Source: an uncultured Candidatus Entotheonella sp. (GTDB lineage: Bacteria > Tectomicrobia > Entotheonellia > Entotheonellales > Entotheonellaceae). Taken from it: a DNA stretch of 64,000 nt. Below are positions 51,553 through 60,107 of the stretch, one piece after another. Made by a program: the position numbers and the translations under genes. Each line of letters begins with the position of its first letter. Position 1 is the first letter of the stretch. The notes below the pieces were generated by a model. The model was not told where the DNA came from. It made no database searches and saw nothing but the letters and a program-made list of their open reading frames with translations. The stretch lies in NCBI GenBank assembly GCA_965217185.1, contig OZ244252.1:3296001-3360000 (forward strand), in the 5' to 3' direction.

Positions 51553-52203
51553 ATGCCTCAGTTTGAGCAAACCGAGCGAACCCGAATACACCGCATGCCG
51601 AAGCGCGCTTCGTATGACGCCGCAGTTGTCGAGGCCATTTTGGCGGAAGGCTTGTATTGTCACGTCGGCTTCAGTGTGGACGGTCAGCCGTATGTCATCC
51701 CGACGATCTACGCTCGTATCGAGGATCATCTGTATCTTCACGGTTCTGCTGCGAGCCGGATGCTGGGCGCGATTGAGGGGATGATGCCGGTTTGCGTCAC
51801 GGTCACCCTGCTGGATGGTCTGGTGCTCGCGCGTTCGGGGTTTCACCATTCGATGAATTACCGCTCCGTCGTCGTTCTCGGCCAAGCGACGGAGGTCACC
51901 GACCCTGATGAAAAGATGGCCGCCCTCAAAGCGATTGTCGATCACGTCATGGTTGGACGATGGGAGGACGTCCGCGAACCGTCGACTCAGGAACTGAAGG
52001 CCACGAGCGTGATACGAGTGCCCTTGGAGGAGGTGTCGGCAAAAATTCGTACCGGTCCGCCAGTGGATGATGATGAGGATCATCAACTCAATTGCTGGGC
52101 GGGTGAGGTCCCGTTGCGCTTGGTGCCGGAACAGCCGGTAGCTGATCCGCAACTCCGGGCAGGCATTGCGCTTCCGGGATACGCGAAGAACTATAAACGT
52201 TAG
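51553..52203 (+). CDS. Pyridoxamine 5'-phosphate oxidase-like flavin-binding protein (NimA-like)
   Basis: CHVGF..PYVIPT, LYLHGS..SRM, LDGLVLARSGFHHSMNYRSVV. Confidence 0.88.
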   Translation: MPQFEQTERTRIHRMPKRASYDAAVVEAILAEGLYCHVGFSVDGQPYVIPTIYARIEDHLYLHGSAASRMLGAIEGMMPVCVTVTLLDGLVLARSGFHHSMNYRSVVVLGQATEVTDPDEKMAALKAIVDHVMVGRWEDVREPSTQELKATSVIRVPLEEVSAKIRTGPPVDDDEDHQLNCWAGEVPLRLVPEQPVADPQLRAGIALPGYAKNYKR

Positions 52204-52212
52204 ACGAGTTGC

Positions 52213-52938
52213 TTAAGCCCGAGGAAAATCGTCCCGCGTGGGCAGCCCCGGCATGCTGCCGACGGCCATCGGTGTGGCGCTCAGAAAGGGCTCACCGTGG
52301 GCTGCGCCGATCATCCAGCCGAACCATATCGCCCGCGCTTCCAGGGCGCGCAGGAAGCCGGGCCGGCTCAGGGCCGTCGTGGCCGTCTTCTCGCCCGCCA
52401 TGAACTGGCTCTCGTAGGCCCGCACCGCGGCCATGCGGCGCTCCCACACGGACGACACATCCATAATGAACGATGGCGAAAAGGGCGTGTGCAGCAAGTA
52501 GTAGTACAGCAGCGGCGGTCGATACGGCTCACCGTCGCCGATTTTGCCGACGCCGGCGAAGAAGCAGGCTTCGCGCACCAGGTTGCTGGCCCGCGAGTGG
52601 TCGGGATGGCGGTCTTCCCAGTAGGGCGCCAGCACGATACGCGGGCGCGTTCGACGCACCACGTCAATGATCGGCATGCGATGGTCCGGGTGGGTGCCGA
52701 TGCCGCCGTCCGGCAATCCCAGGCAAAAACGGGCCGTCAGGCCGAGTAATTCCGTGGCCCGCTGGGTTTCCCGCTCTCGCTGCTCGAGAGTGCCGCGACT
52801 GGATGACTCCCCCGCCGTCAGGTCTGCCACCGCCACCCGCCAGCCCTTGTCCGCCGCCACAATCAGGCTGCCCCCGCAGCCGAGCTCGACGTCGTCCGGG
52901 TGGGGGGCGAACGCCAAGATATCCAACGTCTCTTTCAT
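52213..52938 (-). CDS. bshB1: BshB1-like PIG-L deacetylase
   Basis: DILAFAPHPDDVELGCGG, DLTAGE..RG, DRHPDH, AYESQF. Confidence 0.85.
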   Translation of the reverse strand: MKETLDILAFAPHPDDVELGCGGSLIVAADKGWRVAVADLTAGESSSRGTLEQRERETQRATELLGLTARFCLGLPDGGIGTHPDHRMPIIDVVRRTRPRIVLAPYWEDRHPDHSRASNLVREACFFAGVGKIGDGEPYRPPLLYYYLLHTPFSPSFIMDVSSVWERRMAAVRAYESQFMAGEKTATTALSRPGFLRALEARAIWFGWMIGAAHGEPFLSATPMAVGSMPGLPTRDDFPRA

Positions 52939-54089
52939 TCTTCTCCAGTACCTTCCATGAGATAACGGTACAGCAAGCCGCTGCCGACTCCGGTGCCGTC
53001 GAGCCGCGGCAGCAGGATGGGGACGCGGCGCTTGCCGAACACCTGTTGCAGCACCTCCGCCATTACCAAGCCGTAGTATGCCCCGGAACTGGCGCCGGCG
53101 ACGTAACCGCTCACCAGATCGTTCAGAAACAGGGTCAGCGACACGTCAGGACTCCAGTCGACAGCGTCGGCAATGGCGTCGATGGACAAGCGCCCGCTAC
53201 CCAGATGAAAGTGGTACGTCTCGCCGCATCTGCACCGCGCCGCGGCGAATTGATCGACGCCCTGCACGTCGCGGCGTAGGCGCAAACGGCGACGGCAGCC
53301 GCGGCACGACACGTGCAGCGGCAGGTAGTCGGGCGCCAGCGGCTTGACGTGCGGCTCGATGGCCTGCGTTTTCAAGGTTTCGGCGGCGGCGTTGAAGACG
53401 CGGATGGCGTCGTCGAGGCGGTTGATGAAATCGTTGACTGGCACCGTGAGCAGAGCGAGGAGCTCGGATACCCGAACGGAGCGCGGATTCGGCCCGACTT
53501 GGTTGTTCAGCAGGAAACAGCTTAACCGGTGATTCAGGTCACTGTGCGCGCCGGGTGGGTCTGGCAGGAGGACGGTCCGCAGCGCGTCCAGGCGCTCCCG
53601 GATGCGGGCGCGCATCACCTTTTTGCGCCCGGTGATGGATTGGCTGACGTAGACCTCAAGCTTGGCGAGTGCGTCCAGTACGGCGGCGGGCTCAACGGGG
53701 ATGGAGCGCAATTCACGCACGTCGTTGGCGGCGGGGCAAAGGCGCAGCGACACCTGTTTGCCGAATACCGTCCACAGCATCCGCAGCATAAGCGGGTCAC
53801 TACCGGCCAGGTCCGTGTCGATCCATAGGAAAAAGGGAAAGCAGGCCGGCCGTTGTTCAAGATCGCGCAACAAAGCCATGCGGTCCAGCATCGAGGGCGT
53901 GCAATCGGTGTAGATCTGCTGCAATGCGTAAACCGGCTTGCTTTGCGGAGTCGCAAAATAGTCCGTTAGCGCCCTTTGCTCGGGCGCCTGTAGCCGCGCC
54001 GCAAATTCCGCTTCGCAAACAAACATATCCCGCTCGGCCAGGAACGCCACGCCCTCGCCGCAGGCCATTAAATCCTTCAATTGTCGCAT
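52935..54089 (-). CDS. Divergent, shortened BshC-like protein with CxxC..CxC insertion
   Basis: ATGA overlap with bshB1. QQ..PFFLWIDTD and WSPDV..YVAG..AYY..VFG..PILLPR resemble BshC blocks. Confidence 0.55.
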   Translation of the reverse strand: MRQLKDLMACGEGVAFLAERDMFVCEAEFAARLQAPEQRALTDYFATPQSKPVYALQQIYTDCTPSMLDRMALLRDLEQRPACFPFFLWIDTDLAGSDPLMLRMLWTVFGKQVSLRLCPAANDVRELRSIPVEPAAVLDALAKLEVYVSQSITGRKKVMRARIRERLDALRTVLLPDPPGAHSDLNHRLSCFLLNNQVGPNPRSVRVSELLALLTVPVNDFINRLDDAIRVFNAAAETLKTQAIEPHVKPLAPDYLPLHVSCRGCRRRLRLRRDVQGVDQFAAARCRCGETYHFHLGSGRLSIDAIADAVDWSPDVSLTLFLNDLVSGYVAGASSGAYYGLVMAEVLQQVFGKRRVPILLPRLDGTGVGSGLLYRYLMEGTGEE

Positions 54090-54271
54090 GAGAGTCCGTC
54101 TATTTGTCTCGTGGGATGGAAATCGTTGCCATTAGCGAGGTAAACCCGACCGCCTCCGCGTCCTTCCTGTATAGCACAAACCACCCGACCTCCCAACCCC
54201 TGCCCCCACGGTGTCGAGGCGTTATAATGGCTGCGCTCTTATCCACATTCACTCCCTGCACAGGCAACACC

Positions 54272-56869
54272 GTGACCGAACACACCGCATCGACCCATAC
54301 TTCCGTTTCCCTTCCCCTGTCTTTGCGCGGCCTGCCGGTGGCGGCGCGCGCGCTGATGGTCGGGGCGCATCCGGACGACGAGGATAGCGCCCTGCTCGCC
54401 GAGTTGGCCCTGCGTCACGGCGTCCGTACCGCGTATTTGTCGCTCACCCGCGGCGAGGGCGGACAGAATTGCCTGGGGCCCGAATCCGGTGCTGCCCTCG
54501 GGGTGCTGCGCACTGGCGAATTACTGGCCTCCCGGCGTTACGACGGCGCCGAGCAGTTGTTCTCGCCATGTGTCGATTTCGGCTATGCCAAGCGCGCCGA
54601 GGACGCCTTTGCCCACTGGCCGCGCGAGCGTCTGGTGGGCAGCATCGTGCAGGCCATCCGGGCGTTGCAGCCTGACGTGGTGATCTCGGTGTGGACCGGC
54701 ACACCGATTGACGGGCACGGCCATCATCGGGCGTGCGGCGCCGCCACCCACGAGGCGTTCGAGTTGGCCAGCGATGCGGCGGCGTTCCCGGAGCAGGTCC
54801 AGGCCGGGCTGCCTCCCTGGCGGCCGAAGCGCCTCCTGGTGCGGGTGCGGGACGCCGCGCATCAAGTGGCGGACGACTTGCACGTCAACGTCGGGCGCTT
54901 CGATCCGCTCCTCGGGCGCTCGTGCTTTGAAGTCGCCATGCAGGGCCGCAGCCTGCACCGCTCGCAGAACATGGGCGCGTTGCCGCTGAAGGGCGCCCAG
55001 AACGTTGTCTACCGGGTGGCCGCGGGCGCGCCGGCGGTTGGTGGTCAGGATGCCAACCCGCTGGACGGCCTGCCGGTGCGGCTGGAGGCATGGGCGTCGG
55101 CGTTCCACAACGACCGTCCGGACGCCGTCCCGGCCATTGCCTCCGTCGTGCAGCGTCTGGACGCGGCTTGGGAGCAGTTTCACCCGCAGCGGCCTGAACG
55201 GACGGCTCCCATGCTTGTCGCAGCGCTTGGCGCGCTCAGGAAAATTATGCAGAAGCTCGACGGTGAGTCGCCGGCCATGCTCAGCCGCTTGCAGGAATGT
55301 CAGCGGCGCATCGAAGCAGCATGGCTGCAGGCCCATGGTCTTGCCCTCGAGGTGCTGGTGATGAAGCCCGACGTGGTTGTGGGTGGCACCGTGGACATCG
55401 AAGCGGAATTGTTCCTGCGCGGTAACAGCGACGTCACCTTGTCGTCTCTGCAAGCGCACGCGCAACCGGGTTGGCAGGCCGAGTGTCTCGACGGCCCGGT
55501 GCTCCCATTGAAAGTATGTAACGGCGGAAGTTTCACGGCGCGGTTCCGCCTCACCGCGCCGCAAGACGAGGCAACCGCCGTGTCGTCCACCCTGCCACCG
55601 TGGCTGCGCCTGCCGCCCGATGGCGACCTGTATCGCTTTGACCAGGCGTTGCCGTGCCTTGCGCCCAGCGCGTTGCCGCCGCTGCGGGTCCGCGCGACGC
55701 TGCGCGCCGGTGACCCTGAATCCAGTTCAGGACAGGCTCTGGATATCCCGCTGTCGGCGCCCGTTGCGTGGCGCGAGCTTGACCCCGCTCGTGGGGAGTT
55801 GCGCCATCCGCTGCGGGTTCGCCCGACCGTCAACGTCACCGTTTCGCCGAGCCTCATCGTCATGCCCGCATCCCGCGCCGCGGCGCCAACGGTGGGCGTG
55901 CAATTGCACGCCCACGCCGCTCGGCGGGGCCGACTCGTGCTGGGAGCCTTCGACGGCGACCGGTCGGAAACGCATGCCTCCGCCGCACTCAGCCTGCAAG
56001 CGGGTGAGCAACGCACCGTGCAGCAAATGCTTCCTATCGATTCCGGCGTATCCGGCAAACGGGTGTTTGGGGTCGAATGGCAGGATGAAACCGCCCCGAC
56101 GGTGGACACTAAGGCCGTCTCGCGGCTCAGGTCGTGGCAGGACGTACGTTATCCGCACGTCGAACCGGCGTATTGGCTGGCACCGGCCGAGGTGTGCGTC
56201 AGCATCGTTCCCGTCGAGGCGGCACCCGGCTTGCGGGTCGGCTACCTGCCGGGCACCGGTGACGGCGTTGTGGAGGCGCTGAACTCGCTTGGCGTCAGCG
56301 TCCAGACAATTGATGAGGACGATTTGCAGAACGGAAGTCTGGCGGGATTCGACACGATCGTGGTCGGCGTGCGGGCCCTCGAAACGCGCCCTTCTCTGGC
56401 TGCGCATCGCCGGCGGCTGTGGGACTACACGCGCGCCGGCGGCACGGTGGTGGTGCAATATCACAAGCCGCGCGATGACGGCCCAAGCCGCTTCGTGCCC
56501 TTCGACGGCGTCAGCCTACCGCGTCCGGCTCCAAGGGTGAGCCAAGCCGGCGCGCCAGTCAGCCTGCTGGCGGCGGACGATCCACTCCTGAGTTTTCCGA
56601 ATCGACTGGACACCGAGGATTTCGCCGGCTGGCAACAGGAGCGCGGCCTCTATTTCCTCGCCGAATGGCCGCCGCAGATGACACCTCTGCTCGAAAGCGC
56701 TGACCCCGACGAGCCGCCCCGGCGCGGCGGGCTGCTGCGCGCCCGGCTGGGCCGCGGCCACTACATCTACTGCGCCTATGCGTTGTTCCGCCAGCTTCCC
56801 GCCGGCGTCCCCGGCGCCTACCGATTACTGGCCAATCTGGTCAGCCTGCCGCGCGCGCCCGGCGCCTGA
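54272..56869 (+). CDS. Large PIG-L family deacetylase with beta-rich middle and class I GATase-like C-terminus (start uncertain)
   Basis: AHPDDED, SLTRGEGGQN, DFGY, HGHH, HRSQ; VGYLPGTGD, WQQERGLYF, FRQLPAGVPGAYRLLANL. Confidence 0.85.
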   Translation: MTEHTASTHTSVSLPLSLRGLPVAARALMVGAHPDDEDSALLAELALRHGVRTAYLSLTRGEGGQNCLGPESGAALGVLRTGELLASRRYDGAEQLFSPCVDFGYAKRAEDAFAHWPRERLVGSIVQAIRALQPDVVISVWTGTPIDGHGHHRACGAATHEAFELASDAAAFPEQVQAGLPPWRPKRLLVRVRDAAHQVADDLHVNVGRFDPLLGRSCFEVAMQGRSLHRSQNMGALPLKGAQNVVYRVAAGAPAVGGQDANPLDGLPVRLEAWASAFHNDRPDAVPAIASVVQRLDAAWEQFHPQRPERTAPMLVAALGALRKIMQKLDGESPAMLSRLQECQRRIEAAWLQAHGLALEVLVMKPDVVVGGTVDIEAELFLRGNSDVTLSSLQAHAQPGWQAECLDGPVLPLKVCNGGSFTARFRLTAPQDEATAVSSTLPPWLRLPPDGDLYRFDQALPCLAPSALPPLRVRATLRAGDPESSSGQALDIPLSAPVAWRELDPARGELRHPLRVRPTVNVTVSPSLIVMPASRAAAPTVGVQLHAHAARRGRLVLGAFDGDRSETHASAALSLQAGEQRTVQQMLPIDSGVSGKRVFGVEWQDETAPTVDTKAVSRLRSWQDVRYPHVEPAYWLAPAEVCVSIVPVEAAPGLRVGYLPGTGDGVVEALNSLGVSVQTIDEDDLQNGSLAGFDTIVVGVRALETRPSLAAHRRRLWDYTRAGGTVVVQYHKPRDDGPSRFVPFDGVSLPRPAPRVSQAGAPVSLLAADDPLLSFPNRLDTEDFAGWQQERGLYFLAEWPPQMTPLLESADPDEPPRRGGLLRARLGRGHYIYCAYALFRQLPAGVPGAYRLLANLVSLPRAPGA
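55715..55738 (+). repeat. 24-bp palindromic micro-element in frame within the PIG-L gene
   Basis: CCTGAA-TCCAG-TTCAGG-ACAGGCT; 17/24 identical to the element at 59325-59348. Confidence 0.65.
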
Positions 56870-56876
56870 CGCGTCG

Positions 56877-58559
56877 TTACTCGTCCGTCACACACCCCTC
56901 TGAGGCGTTCTTGACGGTCTTGATGTACTTGTACAGCGTACCGCGCGTCGCCTTGTAAGGCGGCATCGTCCACTGCGCCCGCCGTTCCGCCAGCTCGTCG
57001 TCGGTGAGCGACACCTCGAGGCGGTTCTGCTTGGCGTCGATGGTGACGAGGTCGCCGTCCTGGATCAGACCGATCGGTCCGCCCTCTTGGGCTTCCGGCA
57101 CGATATGGCCGATGATGAAGCCGTGCGAGCCGCCGGAGAAACGTCCGTCGGTCAGCAGGGCCACGTCGCCGCCGAGCCCGGCGCCTATGAGCGCCGAGGT
57201 AGGCGTCAGCATTTCCGGCATGCCCGGCCCACCCTTGGGACCCTCGTAGCGGATCACCACCACGTCGCCTTTCTTGATCTCGTGCCGTTCGAGGGCGTGC
57301 AGCATGTCCTCCTCGGCGTCGAAGCACTTGGCCGGGCCGCTGAACACCAGGCCCTCCTTGCCGGTGATCTTGGCAACCGCGCCGCCGGGCGCCAGATTGC
57401 CCTTGAGGATGCGCAGGTGGCCGGTTTCCTTGATGGGCGATTCCAGCGGCTGGATAATCGGTTGCCCCTCCGTCAGGCCGGGCAGGTCGCGCAGGTTCTC
57501 GGCGACCGTCTTGCCCGTCACCGTCATGCAATCGCCCTTCAGCAGCTTTTGGTCCAGCAGGTACTTCATCACCGCCGGGGTGCCGCCGATGTTGTGCAGG
57601 TCTTCCATGACGTACTTGCCGCTCGGCTTCAGGTCCGCCAGGTAGGGAATGCGGTCGCTCATGTCCTGAAAGTCGTCGATGCTGAGCGGCACGTCCACGG
57701 CGCGGGCGATGGCGATGAGGTGCAGCACGGCGTTGGTGGAGCCGCCGAGGATCATGGCCATCACCATGGCGTTCTCGAACGCCTCGCGGGTCATGATGTC
57801 GCGCGGCTTGAGGTCCTTTTCCAGCAGAGCGCGGACGGCCTGCCCGGCCTGCAGGCATTCGGCGATCTTGGCGCGGTCGGTGGCGGGGTTCGAGGAACTG
57901 TAGGGCAGCGACATGCCCATGGCTTCGATGGCCGAGGCCATGGTGTTGGCGGTGTACATGCCGCCGCAGGCACCGGCGCCGGGGCAGGCGTGGCGCACGA
58001 TGTCCTGGCGCTCGTCGTCGGTGATGGTGCTGGCGATATACTCGCCGTAACTTTGGAAGGCGGAGACGATGTCGAGGGTCTTGCCGCCGCTGTGACCCGG
58101 ACGGATGGTGCCGCCGTAGACCATCAGCGCGGGCCGGTTGACGCGCCCCATGGCCATCATGACGCCCGGCATGTTCTTGTCGCAGCCGGGGATGGTGATG
58201 AGGCCGTCGTACCATTGGCCGCCCATGACGGTTTCCACCGAGTCGGCGATGAGGTCGCGCGACTGCAGCGAGAAGCACATGCCGCGGGTGCCCATGGACA
58301 TGCCGTCGGAGACGCCGATGGTGTTGAAGCGCATGGGCACCAGACCGGCGTTGGCGACACCTTCCTTAACCGTGGCGGCCAGATCGTTCAGGTGCATGTT
58401 GCAGGGGTTGCCTTCGTACCAGACGCTGGCGATGCCGACCTGGGCCTTGTGCATGTCTTGCTCGGTCATCCCGGTGGCGTACAACATGGCCTGCGACGCA
58501 CCCTGCGAGCGGGGCTGGGTGATGTTGGCGCTGATCCGGTTGAGTGGCTGTTCGCTCAT
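56877..58559 (-). CDS. ilvD: Dihydroxy-acid dehydratase
   Basis: [41 protein letters not shown]. Confidence 0.96.
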   Translation of the reverse strand: MSEQPLNRISANITQPRSQGASQAMLYATGMTEQDMHKAQVGIASVWYEGNPCNMHLNDLAATVKEGVANAGLVPMRFNTIGVSDGMSMGTRGMCFSLQSRDLIADSVETVMGGQWYDGLITIPGCDKNMPGVMMAMGRVNRPALMVYGGTIRPGHSGGKTLDIVSAFQSYGEYIASTITDDERQDIVRHACPGAGACGGMYTANTMASAIEAMGMSLPYSSSNPATDRAKIAECLQAGQAVRALLEKDLKPRDIMTREAFENAMVMAMILGGSTNAVLHLIAIARAVDVPLSIDDFQDMSDRIPYLADLKPSGKYVMEDLHNIGGTPAVMKYLLDQKLLKGDCMTVTGKTVAENLRDLPGLTEGQPIIQPLESPIKETGHLRILKGNLAPGGAVAKITGKEGLVFSGPAKCFDAEEDMLHALERHEIKKGDVVVIRYEGPKGGPGMPEMLTPTSALIGAGLGGDVALLTDGRFSGGSHGFIIGHIVPEAQEGGPIGLIQDGDLVTIDAKQNRLEVSLTDDELAERRAQWTMPPYKATRGTLYKYIKTVKNASEGCVTDE

Positions 58560-58672
58560 GGCATCGCTCCCTTCGTTCGCGCTGCTTGTATCTGATACGC
58601 TCGACTCGACTCGACTCGCTCGCTCTGGCTGGCCTGCGTAGGGGTCGATGACGTGTGGAAAATGGAGGCGCC

Positions 58673-58701
58673 AGGGTACGGTATAGGTGGAGTAGAGTCA
58701 A
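58673..58701 (-). promoter_or_regulatory. Putative sigma70 promoter for ilvD
   Basis: Minus strand TTGACT-N17-TACCCT. Confidence 0.35.
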
Positions 58702-58752
58702 CGCGGGGTGTGGGATGTCGTACGGGTCTGATGGCTTTCCGGCTTTGATTTA

Positions 58753-58965
58753 TCACGGCGTTGCGAAAAAGGTCTTCCACAGCAGGGCGAGCACGGTGGG
58801 GAGTAGCGATATATTGATGACGAGCAGCAGGTTCAGTTTGACGTTCAGCGCCTTGAGGTCACTCCACAGCGCCTCAAATGTTTGGTTCAACTCTGTTCGC
58901 AACGCTTCCACCTCCGAGCGCACACTGTTGATAACTGGCCTGTGCTTCCGGCTTGCCGCCATCAA
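58753..58965 (-). CDS. Small coiled-coil protein with C-terminal TM helix (possibly a gene remnant)
   Basis: VRSEVEALRTEL heptads followed by hydrophobic LNLLLVINISLLPTVLALLW. Confidence 0.45.
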   Translation of the reverse strand: MMAASRKHRPVINSVRSEVEALRTELNQTFEALWSDLKALNVKLNLLLVINISLLPTVLALLWKTFFATP

Positions 58966-59121
58966 GAAGATCGGTTTTGAGTTCCAGGATGTCGAGCAGA
59001 GGCATTGTGGGTTCCTTCCGCTACCCTACGGCGCCCTGGAGCATCTTCGCTAGGTAGTCGTTCGTCATCGCGTTCCCGGAACAGGATATGCTTTGCCGCG
59101 AACCTCTCCCTGTCCCATGTT

Positions 59122-60087
59122 CCATTGACACGCTCGACGGTCGTGCGCTCACGGTAGCGTAACTGCTCGGCGTATACGTGGCCGACGGTGCGCTGCGCCC
59201 GCGCTTCGGTCTTCCGTTCCAGCTTACGCGAAGCACTGCGGGGATTGGCGTCGATGATTGCAACATGCCCCAGCGACTCACGGTGCGCTCTGATCTCGGG
59301 CGCGTCATAAGCCGAGTCCATCAAAGCCTGCCCCGGACCTGATCCGGGGTCATAGAGGTTGGTGACTCGTGCGGCCGTCAGGGTCACCAGGGAAATCGCC
59401 ACTTGGCTGTCATGCAACGAGGCCGAGGTCAGGATGCAACTGAGTGGAACGCCGCCATCGGCTGCGTCGATATGCAACTTGTAGCCGCTCCATGATTCCT
59501 GATGTCCCTTGGCGTCCCGCTTGACGCCAACATCACAGGTGCGTGGCAGGTTGGCGAGCATCTCCGGAAGGGTCATATTGGACTGGCGCGTCAGCCTTGC
59601 GCGGTCGCCCGCGGCTTCGGGGCTGGCTTCTCACGTCCCAAGATCGCCGTCGAATCGCGTGAGACGTGGCCGACCAGATGATCGCGCAGGGTCTTGTCGA
59701 TCAGCGCCTCGTGCAGGCGGCTCGGCAAGGCGCTGTCAGCGAAGTCGCTGAAGGCCCGCGAGAAGGTCGCCTCGCTGGGGATCGCCGCGCGCCCCGGCAA
59801 GCCACGCCAGCACGTCAGGAATGGCTCAACCGGCACGAACCCGAGCACCGTGACGAATAACTCGTAGCGCTCGCCCAAGGGACCGAGTTCTTCTTCGAGT
59901 GTGGGAAAAAGCTCTCGTTGGAAGGCGAAGCCGTAATTCGATAGGATCGTACGCAAGGACATGGCCGTTTTCTCCTTCACGTGGTGGTCGCACAACACAT
60001 GACATGAAGCAAAGGTAGCCTGTCCCGTTTATGTCAACCCCTTACCCTCAATAATTCCCGACGACTCCGCAGTTTCGCAAAAGGCTC
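59122..60087 (-). mobile_element. Degenerate IS5/IS1182-like element copy 3 (one end lost, internal deletions)
   Basis: TIR GAGCCTTTTGCGAAACT at 60087; homology to copy 2 stops at ERVNG (about 59122); deletions near 59790 and 59600. Confidence 0.85.
59325..59348 (-). repeat. 24-bp palindromic micro-element inserted in frame in transposase copy 3
   Basis: CCCGGA-TCAGG-TCCGGG-GCAGGCT is absent at the homologous NLYD|LMDS site of copies 1 and 2. Confidence 0.85.
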
Positions 60088-60107
60088 AATGAAAAGAAAG
60101 GACGGAT

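Noticed and set aside
58599..58625. (CTCGA)3 microsatellite in the ilvD leader as a phase-variation or attenuation signal
   Set aside because: Only three units; no Ile/Leu/Val-rich leader peptide or terminator is evident.
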